Shown here: positions 39,797-47,705 of the stretch, piece by piece | Position numbering within the stretch: the first letter of the stretch is position 1 | Layout of the letters: every line of letters begins with the position of its first letter | NCBI GenBank assembly: GCA_024641735.1 | Contig: JAHECN010000001.1 | Location: 1,036 to 65,035 of the forward strand | Length of the DNA: 64,000 nucleotides | Reading direction: 5' to 3' | Origin: Gemmatimonadota bacterium | GTDB taxonomy: Bacteria > Gemmatimonadota > Gemmatimonadetes > Gemmatimonadales > GWC2-71-9 | Translations under genes and position numbers: made by a program | Notes under the pieces: generated by a model | Told to the model about the DNA's origin: nothing | Seen by the model: only the letters and a program-made list of their open reading frames with translations | Databases searched by the model: none

Positions 39797-42793
39797 TTAG
39801 GGTAGCCACCTCTTGGCGTCCGCCTGCGCCGCATCCAGCTCCTTCCGCAGCACGGCATGCCGTGCAATGGCGTCCCGGCCGATCTTCTGGTCGGCGCCGG
39901 AGGTCATGCCGGCCAGGTAGGAGATGTGAGCCTGGAGCCCCGGCTTGCCGTAGCGGACTGGTTCGGTGTTGAGGACGGCCGCAAGCGCCTGCACCCGAGC
40001 CAGCGTGTCCGCCGCGGCACCGGTCGCGCCGCGGAGCCGCGTCTCGGCGGCCCGGACTCGACTGACCAGCGTACCCACCTCGGCCACCATCGCGCGCATG
40101 GTTCGATTGTGGGTGAACTGTTCGACGAGGTCCGCCTCGGTGGTGCCGTCGGCCGCGATCCGCGGGTCAATGCGGACGCGGAGTGGGACTTCGCGGATCT
40201 GGTCCCCGACAGTCAGGCGAACTTGGTAGCGACCCGGGGGGGCTCCCAAGCCGTCATGGGTTCGGACGTCCCAGGTGAATCGGTTGAGGCCAATGGTGTT
40301 GCTCGGCCGTGACGCAGCACCGCCGCCGCCGCGTCCTCCGCGCCCGGCAAGCATCGGCGCGTCGGGGTCATCAGGGTCGGTCTGGGCGGCAGCGGCCGGA
40401 CGAGCGGAGGGCGATGCCCCGGCGGGGGCCGCGCTGCTGTACTGGTTCACCACGGCCCCGGTCGAGTCGAGGATCTCGAGTTGCACGACGGCACCAGCCG
40501 AGGGCAAGCGGTACTCGATCATCGGGCCCAGTTTCTCGGCACTGGTGCGTGTCTTGTAGCCGTCTCGAGGGGCGAAGAGGATCACCGAGTCGGTACGCGT
40601 CGCTCCGGTGAGTTGATGCAGCATCGAGAGGTTGTCGACGATCCAGAAGGCACGGCCCTGGGTCGCGACGATCAGGTCTTTGCGGTACACCTTGATGTCG
40701 TTGATCGGGACGTTCGGCAGATTGAGCTGGAATGACTGCCAGTGGTCGCCATCGTCGAAGGAGATGAACATGCCGAATTCGGTCCCGGCGTAGAGGAGGC
40801 CGGGGCGATCGGGATCTGCGCGCACGACGCGCGTCGGCCAGTCCGCGGGAATCCCGGTCACGATGCGCGTCCAGCTCTTGCCGTAGTCGGTGGTGCGATA
40901 GAGGTACGGCGCATAGTCGCCGAGGAGGTAGCGATAGATCGCGGCGTAGGCGGTGCCATTGCGATGTGGCGAGGCCTCGATCCACTGCACTCGGCCGCCT
41001 TCCGGGAGTCCGGCCGGGGTCACCTTCGTCCACGTCTTGCCATCGTTCCGGGTGACATGAATCGGGCCATCATTGGCACCAGCCCAAATCACGCCCTTCT
41101 CCCGCGGTGACTCGGTGATCGCGTAGAGCGTGCTGTAGAACTCTTCGCCGGTCACGTCACGCGTGATCGGGGTGCCGCTCGCACCCTGACAGCAGGCGGG
41201 ATACGAGGTGAGGTCGGGCGAGATCTGCTCCCACGTCACGCCCTGATCGCGCGTGCGGTGGACATACTGCGAGCCAAAATAGAGGACCGACGGATCGTGC
41301 GGCGAGAGCGCCATCGGTGACACGCGCTGCATGCGCCAGATGAGGTCGCTGCCCGCATTGCCGTAGAGCGATTGGCCGCCCACCCAATAGTTTTTCGACT
41401 GCCCCGTGCGACGATTCATCACCGAGAATTGTCCCTTGCAGGCGCCGTAGATCACGTTCGGATCTGCGGGATGCGGGATGATCGGTCCGGTTTCACAGCC
41501 GGGAGTGGTGCCGAGCTCTTCGCGCGGGCCAGGCACCGATTGCGACGAGAGCTGCATCGTCGAGTTGTCTTGTTGGGCGGCGTAGAGGTTGTACGGAAAG
41601 GCATCGTCGACCCAGACGCCGTACAGCTCCGAGGTTGGCTGATTGTTCTGTGTGGACCAGGTCCGGCCGCCGTCGAAGGAGATGTTGGCACCACCATCGT
41701 TCGATTGGATCATGGTGTTGCCGTCGGTCGGATTGATCCAGATGTCGTGATTGTCGCCGTGCGGTGTGCGCATGGTGGTCATTGTCTTGCCGCCGTCGAC
41801 CGACTTGTAGAATCCTTCCGCGCCGGCATACACCACGTCCGCATTGGTCGGATCCGCACCGAGCGTGGTGTAGTAGAAGGGACGCTGCAGCAAAGAGCCC
41901 TGACTGTTCATCAGCACCCATGTGAGGCCGGCGTCGTCGGAGCGATAGAGTCCACCACCCGGCAGCGCCTCGATGAGGGCGTACACGCGCTGCGGATTCG
42001 CGGCGGTGACCGCGAGATTCGCCTTGCCGAGGAGATCCTGCGGAAGACCGGTCGTGATGTGCGTCCACGTCACCCCACCGTCGGTACTCCGGTAGAAGCC
42101 ACCTTCCCGCGCGCCGCTGATGATGGTCCATGGCTTCCGCTCGATCCTGGACATCCACGCATAGACGATGTTCGGATTGCTCGGGTGGATCTCCACATCC
42201 ATCGCGCCGCTGCTGTCGGAGACGAAGAGCGTCCGCTGCCAGGTCTTCCCACCATCTGTTGTCCGGTAGACACCGCGCGCCGGCGACGGTTTGAAGATGT
42301 CGCCGTTGGCGGCGACGAGGACGGTGTTGGGGTCGCGCGGGTGAATTGCCACGGCCCCGATTTGTCCGACGTCGTACAGCCCGGCGAATTGCCAGCTCTT
42401 CCCGGCGTCACCGGAACGGTACACACCTCGCCCCGTCGAGACGTTGCTGCGCACGCCGTCTGAGCCCGTGCCGAGATAGACGACGTTGGGATCGCTATCG
42501 GCGACGCGGATCGCTCCGGTGGAGCCGACCGGGATTTGTCCGTCGCTGATCGGATCCCAGCGGACGCCGCCATCGGTCGTCTTGAAGACGCCCCCACTTG
42601 CCACGCCCATGTAGAACGTCTTGGGTTGGGATGGGACGCCTGTCACTGTGGTGACACGGCCGCCGCGCGATGGTCCGACCAGTCGATACTGCAGCCCCTC
42701 AAGGAGCGTGGGGTGGATTGGTGCCGCGGATTGGCCGCCGAGCGGCAGCGCGAACAGCAGGAAGAGTGCGCCACAGAAGGCGGGGAGCTTCAT
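39797..42793 (-). CDS. Secreted BNR/Asp-box repeat beta-propeller protein (sortilin/VPS10-like, GH74-like fold)
   Basis: 998 aa with a signal peptide. More than 10 Asp-box motifs (TTDGGVRWD, SGDAGKSWQ, TTDGGKTWQ, STDGGVTWT, SDDAGLTWV, TRDQGVTWE, RNDGKTWT, TTDYGKSWT…). There is a C-terminal Ig-like region plus a helical tail. Confidence 0.85.
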   Translation of the reverse strand: MKLPAFCGALFLLFALPLGGQSAAPIHPTLLEGLQYRLVGPSRGGRVTTVTGVPSQPKTFYMGVASGGVFKTTDGGVRWDPISDGQIPVGSTGAIRVADSDPNVVYLGTGSDGVRSNVSTGRGVYRSGDAGKSWQFAGLYDVGQIGAVAIHPRDPNTVLVAANGDIFKPSPARGVYRTTDGGKTWQRTLFVSDSSGAMDVEIHPSNPNIVYAWMSRIERKPWTIISGAREGGFYRSTDGGVTWTHITTGLPQDLLGKANLAVTAANPQRVYALIEALPGGGLYRSDDAGLTWVLMNSQGSLLQRPFYYTTLGADPTNADVVYAGAEGFYKSVDGGKTMTTMRTPHGDNHDIWINPTDGNTMIQSNDGGANISFDGGRTWSTQNNQPTSELYGVWVDDAFPYNLYAAQQDNSTMQLSSQSVPGPREELGTTPGCETGPIIPHPADPNVIYGACKGQFSVMNRRTGQSKNYWVGGQSLYGNAGSDLIWRMQRVSPMALSPHDPSVLYFGSQYVHRTRDQGVTWEQISPDLTSYPACCQGASGTPITRDVTGEEFYSTLYAITESPREKGVIWAGANDGPIHVTRNDGKTWTKVTPAGLPEGGRVQWIEASPHRNGTAYAAIYRYLLGDYAPYLYRTTDYGKSWTRIVTGIPADWPTRVVRADPDRPGLLYAGTEFGMFISFDDGDHWQSFQLNLPNVPINDIKVYRKDLIVATQGRAFWIVDNLSMLHQLTGATRTDSVILFAPRDGYKTRTSAEKLGPMIEYRLPSAGAVVQLEILDSTGAVVNQYSSAAPAGASPSARPAAAAQTDPDDPDAPMLAGRGGRGGGGAASRPSNTIGLNRFTWDVRTHDGLGAPPGRYQVRLTVGDQIREVPLRVRIDPRIAADGTTEADLVEQFTHNRTMRAMVAEVGTLVSRVRAAETRLRGATGAAADTLARVQALAAVLNTEPVRYGKPGLQAHISYLAGMTSGADQKIGRDAIARHAVLRKELDAAQADAKRWLP

Positions 42794-42907
42794 CGATGGC
42801 CTCGGGGTGTTGGCGGGGGTTTCGGGAAAGATATCGTGATGGAGGAGTCAGTGTGGCACCACCGCACTGATTTCTTACCAGCGCGTCACGGGCTGTGGGA
42901 CCAGGGA

Positions 42908-43531
42908 TCAGCGGACGCCAGCCGACGCGTCCACGCTGTCGGCGGCAGGGAAGTTTTCAGGGTGGCGCGCCATCGATGGGTGGTACAGTCCGCGCAGATA
43001 CCGGATGTCGGCGTCTGCGTCGTCCGTTGTGGTGAAGAGCGTGCCGAGCGAGACGACGCGTCGACTGTAATCCAATGTGACGGGAAGAATCGGAACATTC
43101 GCGCCGCGTGCGATCCGATGAAATCCCGTCTTCCACTGCGCGACGCGTCGCCGGGTCCCCTCGGGTGAAACTCCGAACACCCACTGTGGTCGCGCGTGAA
43201 AACGCTCGATGGCCGCGGACACGACGCCGTGGGCGGCTGCACGGTCCACCGGTTCGCCACCCAACCACTGCAACAACCCGGTCACGGGAAAGCGGAACAG
43301 GGTGTGCTTGCCAATCCACGACAGGCGAAGGCCAATCGCGAGCATGGCAAGCATGCCGAGGGGGAAGTCCCAGTTGGATGTGTGCGGGGCGGCGATGACA
43401 ACAAAACGCGGCAGGGCCGGAAGCTCACCCTCAATCCGCCACCCCGCCAACGCGAGGAGACGGCGGGCGAACGCCCTGCTCCTCGGGGTGCCCCGTCGAG
43501 GGCACCCCAAGGTCATCTCGCCTTCGGTCAT
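42908..43531 (-). CDS. Lysophospholipid (1-acyl-sn-glycerol-3-phosphate) acyltransferase-family protein
   Basis: 207 aa with the HxxxxD motif APHTSNWDF and a downstream FPEGTR-like SPEGTRRR. Confidence 0.75.
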   Translation of the reverse strand: MTEGEMTLGCPRRGTPRSRAFARRLLALAGWRIEGELPALPRFVVIAAPHTSNWDFPLGMLAMLAIGLRLSWIGKHTLFRFPVTGLLQWLGGEPVDRAAAHGVVSAAIERFHARPQWVFGVSPEGTRRRVAQWKTGFHRIARGANVPILPVTLDYSRRVVSLGTLFTTTDDADADIRYLRGLYHPSMARHPENFPAADSVDASAGVR

Positions 43532-44346
43532 TCAGCGGCGATGCTGAATGCCTGGACCATCCCCTTCATGGCATGGGGTGTTCCGTCGGCGGGATCGGGC
43601 ACAAAGCAGAGCAAGACATAGTTCCCCGGGGTGAGGTTTACGGTCCAATAGTTGGTGAGCCCCGGGTTGATGGCGCCGGCCCCCCCAGCGGAGACTCCCT
43701 GGGGTGCGGCGCCGGGCGCAAAGGAGGCCATCAGGCTTTCCACCGTCGCGCCCTCGTGTAAACGGACGAGTTGGACCTCATGGACCTGCTGCCCGTCGTT
43801 GACGATCGCAAACGTATGGGTGCCCGCCGTCATCGCTGGCGTGGCAAACGCGAACTCACTCAGCCGGATCTCCGCGTCGGCAACCGGTGGTTCCGCCGCG
43901 TGTCGCGGACCACTGACCACAATCTCCTTGTGCATGCCTTTCATGAAGTGCGGTGCACCATCCGCAGGGTCCGGCACGAAGCACAACACCACATAGCGAC
44001 CCTCCACCAAGTCCGTCACGCCGCCGGTCGAGTCCTGCGGCGCAATCCCGCTGGCCCCTCCTCGCCAGGTCATCCAGACAGGAACCTTGTTCGGATCGGC
44101 GGTGAACGCGTCGATCACATCCTGCGCCGTCTTCCCACTCTCCAACTCGGCCAACATCATGTGGTGATCCTGTGCACCAGCGTTGACTAGCTGAAACATG
44201 GTCATGCCGGGCGCCAGGGAATCGGGGCCCGCAAAGGAGAACTCGGTCGCCGTGAAGGTGGCGACTTGTGGGGCCGGAGGTGAAGCAGGCTCACTGGCCC
44301 CAGTGCAGGCAGCCAAGAGGGTCAGTGCGAAGAGAGATCGACGCAT
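43528..44346 (-). CDS. Lipoprotein made of two tandem homologous domains, each with a His…Cys-x10-His-x4-Met pattern (possible cupredoxin-like)
   Basis: ATG at 44346 gives MRRSLFALTLLAACTG (lipobox). The domain ends are YVVLCFVPDPADGAPHFMKGMHKEIVV and YVLLCFVPDPADGTPHAMKGMVQAFSI. The upstream part of track ORF 43528-44724 looks non-coding. Confidence 0.6.
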   Translation of the reverse strand: MRRSLFALTLLAACTGASEPASPPAPQVATFTATEFSFAGPDSLAPGMTMFQLVNAGAQDHHMMLAELESGKTAQDVIDAFTADPNKVPVWMTWRGGASGIAPQDSTGGVTDLVEGRYVVLCFVPDPADGAPHFMKGMHKEIVVSGPRHAAEPPVADAEIRLSEFAFATPAMTAGTHTFAIVNDGQQVHEVQLVRLHEGATVESLMASFAPGAAPQGVSAGGAGAINPGLTNYWTVNLTPGNYVLLCFVPDPADGTPHAMKGMVQAFSIAAE

Positions 44347-44423
44347 GGGGGCGACTCCGTGTTGTGAGGATCCGGTAATGATGCTGCAGAGATAGGGATC
44401 GCGAAAGCCTCGCGACTCCCTGC

Positions 44424-45728
44424 TCACGACTCTCGACTCATCTTCATTCCCTGCCAGCTCCCATACGTCCAACTCCGCCACAACCATTCCATCGGTCCGA
44501 AGCGGAAGCGCGCCAGCCACCACTGGGAGAAGATCGTCTGCACCACCAGGATCGCGAGGGCGAGCGGGGCCAGCCAGGTCGCCCCGACGCGGCCCGCGAG
44601 CCCGAACCCGATGCCGTAGAAGATCGTGATGCCGATCAGGGTCTGCATCAGGTAATTCGTGAGCGCCATCCGTCCCGTGGGCGCCAGCCACACGAGGACA
44701 CGCTGCCACGCAGCGCGCTGCCACAGCAGCACAAAGCCGGCGGTGTAGGCGAGTGCGAGGGGGATGACGCCGACGGCGTACAGCGCGCTCTCAAGGACGC
44801 CGTGCCATGTACCTGAGTAGTAGGCGTCCTGATTCGACACCGCGGCGAGTGCGAGCGACGCCGGGAGTCCGAGGGCGAGTCCCCACCCGAGTGTGCGGCG
44901 AAGCAGCGGCAGGTGGGGTTCGATCTGTTCCCACGGGCGGTGACGGCCAATCACCATGCCGAGGAGGAACATCGCCAACACCTTGAAGGGACGGCCCGTG
45001 AAGGTCAGGTCAGCAAATCGCCACCAGATGCCACCAAAATTGATCTGGAAGAATTCCAACCAACCGCCGTTGCCGAGATGATCGTACATGAAGGTGGGTG
45101 TGTTCCCGGTATAACCGAGGAGCTCAGCCACCCCCGTGCCGATGATCCAGAACGGCGCGGCAAGCGTCACGACGGGGCTGAGCAGCAGCGGCAAGTAGAA
45201 GACGACCGGCAGGAACGTCAGGAGAACGATCCAGCGCAGGAGCCGGGCGTCATCGAGTCCTCGCATCCGGAACATGATCAGGCCCATCACGGCGTAGAAG
45301 AAGAGGATGTCACCAGTCCAGAAGAGTGCCAGGTGGACACCCCCAATCACCATGAGGATTCGGAGCCGACGACGATAGAGACGCAGCGCGAGCGCCTCGT
45401 CCGTTCGCCGCATCAACTGTAGCGCGAATCCCAATCCGAAGAGGAGCGAGAAGATCGAATAGAACTTGCCGTCTACCAGCGCGTGGTAGAGGAAGGCTGC
45501 CGTCTCGTCGGTGGCGAGTCGCCATGCCGGGGTGAGCTCGGCCGTGCCGGGGTAGTCCCAGAACGCGAACGCCACCGAGAGATTGCCGAGGCAGACGCCG
45601 AAGAGCGCAAAACCCCGGAGCGCGTCGATCAGTGTGGCGCGGGCCTCGGGGCGGGTCGGCTGTGGTTGGAGCGGTGTGTGGCCCGTGGAAGGCGGGGAAA
45701 CCGCTTCGCGGGGGAGCGCTTCAGACAT
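44424..45728 (-). CDS. DUF418/YeiB-like polytopic membrane protein
   Basis: IDALRGFALFGVCLGN near the N-terminus and multiple hydrophobic helices. I prefer ATG 45728 (MSEALPRE…). Ends …CGA GAG TCG TGA. Confidence 0.75.
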   Translation of the reverse strand: MSEALPREAVSPPSTGHTPLQPQPTRPEARATLIDALRGFALFGVCLGNLSVAFAFWDYPGTAELTPAWRLATDETAAFLYHALVDGKFYSIFSLLFGLGFALQLMRRTDEALALRLYRRRLRILMVIGGVHLALFWTGDILFFYAVMGLIMFRMRGLDDARLLRWIVLLTFLPVVFYLPLLLSPVVTLAAPFWIIGTGVAELLGYTGNTPTFMYDHLGNGGWLEFFQINFGGIWWRFADLTFTGRPFKVLAMFLLGMVIGRHRPWEQIEPHLPLLRRTLGWGLALGLPASLALAAVSNQDAYYSGTWHGVLESALYAVGVIPLALAYTAGFVLLWQRAAWQRVLVWLAPTGRMALTNYLMQTLIGITIFYGIGFGLAGRVGATWLAPLALAILVVQTIFSQWWLARFRFGPMEWLWRSWTYGSWQGMKMSRES

Positions 45729-45816
45729 GGTGCCTCGGGGGAGGGTCTCGGATGAAATATGGCCGAACGGAGGCCGACCTGAGTACCCCGGCCACCACGC
45801 GGTATATTTGCGGGTC

Positions 45817-46569
45817 ATGTTTCCCTACCGCGACGACAACCCTTCGATCCTGACGCCGGTCGTCACGGTGGCGCTCATTGCGGCGAATCTGGCCGTCTGG
45901 GTCGTCGTACAGGGGTTTGGCATGCCGGAACGACTCGCGGCGTCGGTCTGCGAGCTTGGACTGGTCCCCGGTGACCTGATGGGGCTCCTCCCGGTGGGGT
46001 ACGCCTTTCCGGTGGCGGATGGCATGTCGTGTGTGGTGGAACCAGGACGCCCGTGGCGAACGCTCCTGACATCCATGTTTTTGCACGGCGGCTGGCTGCA
46101 CCTCTTGGGGAACTGCTGGTTTCTCTGGGTCTTCGGCAACAACGTGGAAGATGCGATGGGGCACCGGCGCTTCCTCGTCTTCTATCTGCTGACGGGACTC
46201 GCGGCAGCGGCGGCGCAGATCGCGGTCGGACCGGAGAGTGCAATCCCCATGGTCGGGGCGAGTGGGGCGATCTCCGGGGTGATGGGTGCCTACATCGTGC
46301 TCTATCCGCGGGTGCGGGTCCATACGCTGGTGCCATTGCTCATCATCTTCTTCCGCGTGACACTGCCGGCGTGGGTGATGCTGGGACTCTGGTTTGTGAT
46401 GCAAGTGGTGAATGCACAGTTCGATCAGGTCGGTGGCGTCGCGGTCTGGGCGCATATCGGGGGCTTTGTCGCCGGGGCCGTCTTGATTCGACTCTTTCGT
46501 GATCCAAATCTCTGGGCACGTCGCGAGCAAGTGCTCGCCACCCAGCAGTGGGGGGAACCAAGTCGATGA
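45817..46569 (+). CDS. Rhomboid-family intramembrane serine protease
   Basis: ATG at 45817. MFLHGGWLHLLGNCWFLW, catalytic GASGAISGVMGAY and AHIGGFVAG. Confidence 0.9.
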   Translation: MFPYRDDNPSILTPVVTVALIAANLAVWVVVQGFGMPERLAASVCELGLVPGDLMGLLPVGYAFPVADGMSCVVEPGRPWRTLLTSMFLHGGWLHLLGNCWFLWVFGNNVEDAMGHRRFLVFYLLTGLAAAAAQIAVGPESAIPMVGASGAISGVMGAYIVLYPRVRVHTLVPLLIIFFRVTLPAWVMLGLWFVMQVVNAQFDQVGGVAVWAHIGGFVAGAVLIRLFRDPNLWARREQVLATQQWGEPSR

Positions 46570-47597
46570 CGACGACCGATCACCGGGCCCGGACAGGCCG
46601 CACGGCACCAGAATACGTGGTACGCGGCGACAACGCCATCGAGCCACCCATTGTGAGGAATCCGGGAACCCCGCTCGACCTCTCTTGGGTCCAGGATCTC
46701 CGCATCAACCGCAGCGCGGTCGAGCGGCGGGCCGCCACGATCCCGACGCGTCGCTCCGTCAAGAGCGCGTGGCAGGCCGGATGGCTCCTGCGCGCCATCA
46801 CGTTGATGGATCTCACGACCCTCCAGGGTGACGATACCGCGGGACGCGTGCGTCGGCTCTGTGCCAAGGCGCGTCAGCCAGTCCGGCCTGACATTCTCGA
46901 GGCGCTTGGCATGGGAGGCACGTCGGTGCATGTCGCGGCCGTCTGTGTCTACCACGCCTTTGTGCGGACTGCGGTCGACGCACTCGCCGGAAGCGGGATT
47001 CCCGTCGCAGCGGTGTCCACGGGATTCCCGGCCGGGTTGTCGCCGCTGGCGACACGGATCGCGGAGATCGAGGCATCCGTCGCCGACGGAGCAGAGGAGA
47101 TCGACATCGTGATCACCCGAGCCCACGTGCTCAACGAGGACTGGCAGGCACTCTACGACGAGGTCCGGACCTTCCGTGCCGCGTGCGGACACGCCCACCT
47201 CAAAGCGATCCTTGGCACCGGTGAGTTGGCGACGCTACGGAACGTCGCCCGCGCATCCGCCGTCGCGATGATGGCCGGTGCGGACTTCATCAAGACGAGC
47301 ACCGGGAAGGAGCCCGTCAATGCCACCCTCCCGGTCGGCATCGTGATGGCACGGATGATTCGCTCCTACCGCGAGCGTACGGGCTACTTGGTTGGCTTCA
47401 AGCCGGCGGGTGGAGTACGGAAGGCCAAGGAAAGCTTGGATTGGCTCGCCATGATGAAGGAAGAACTCGGCGACCGCTGGCTCCGCCCGGAGCTCTTTCG
47501 CTTCGGCGCGTCATCGCTGTTGACCGATATCGAACGGCAATTGGAACACCATGTGACCGGGCGCTATTCGGCGGCGCATCGGCATCCGATGGCGTGA
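46566..47597 (+). CDS. deoC: Deoxyribose-phosphate aldolase (long form)
   Basis: ATG at 46566 overlaps the rhomboid stop (ATGA). DLTTLQGDDT and the Schiff-base lysine context ADFIKTSTGKE. Confidence 0.88.
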   Translation: MTTTDHRARTGRTAPEYVVRGDNAIEPPIVRNPGTPLDLSWVQDLRINRSAVERRAATIPTRRSVKSAWQAGWLLRAITLMDLTTLQGDDTAGRVRRLCAKARQPVRPDILEALGMGGTSVHVAAVCVYHAFVRTAVDALAGSGIPVAAVSTGFPAGLSPLATRIAEIEASVADGAEEIDIVITRAHVLNEDWQALYDEVRTFRAACGHAHLKAILGTGELATLRNVARASAVAMMAGADFIKTSTGKEPVNATLPVGIVMARMIRSYRERTGYLVGFKPAGGVRKAKESLDWLAMMKEELGDRWLRPELFRFGASSLLTDIERQLEHHVTGRYSAAHRHPMA

Positions 47598-47604
47598 AGT
47601 AGGC

Positions 47605-47669
47605 GCGAGTCGCGAGTCGCGAGAGTGAGGGAAACCTCTCACGACTATCGACTCATGACTCACGACTCA
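47605..47669. repeat. Heptad-built hairpin H6 (GAGTCG type) between deoC and the ALDH gene
   Basis: The left arm is GCGAGTC GCGAGTC GCGAGAG TGAGGG (47605-47631), with loop aaa. The right arm is cctctcacgactatcgactcatgactcacgactca (47635-47669). Complementarity is imperfect. It starts 7 nt after the deoC stop. Confidence 0.7.
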
Positions 47670-47705
47670 CAGCACCACATTCACCATTCCACCAGGCTCC
47701 AAACC

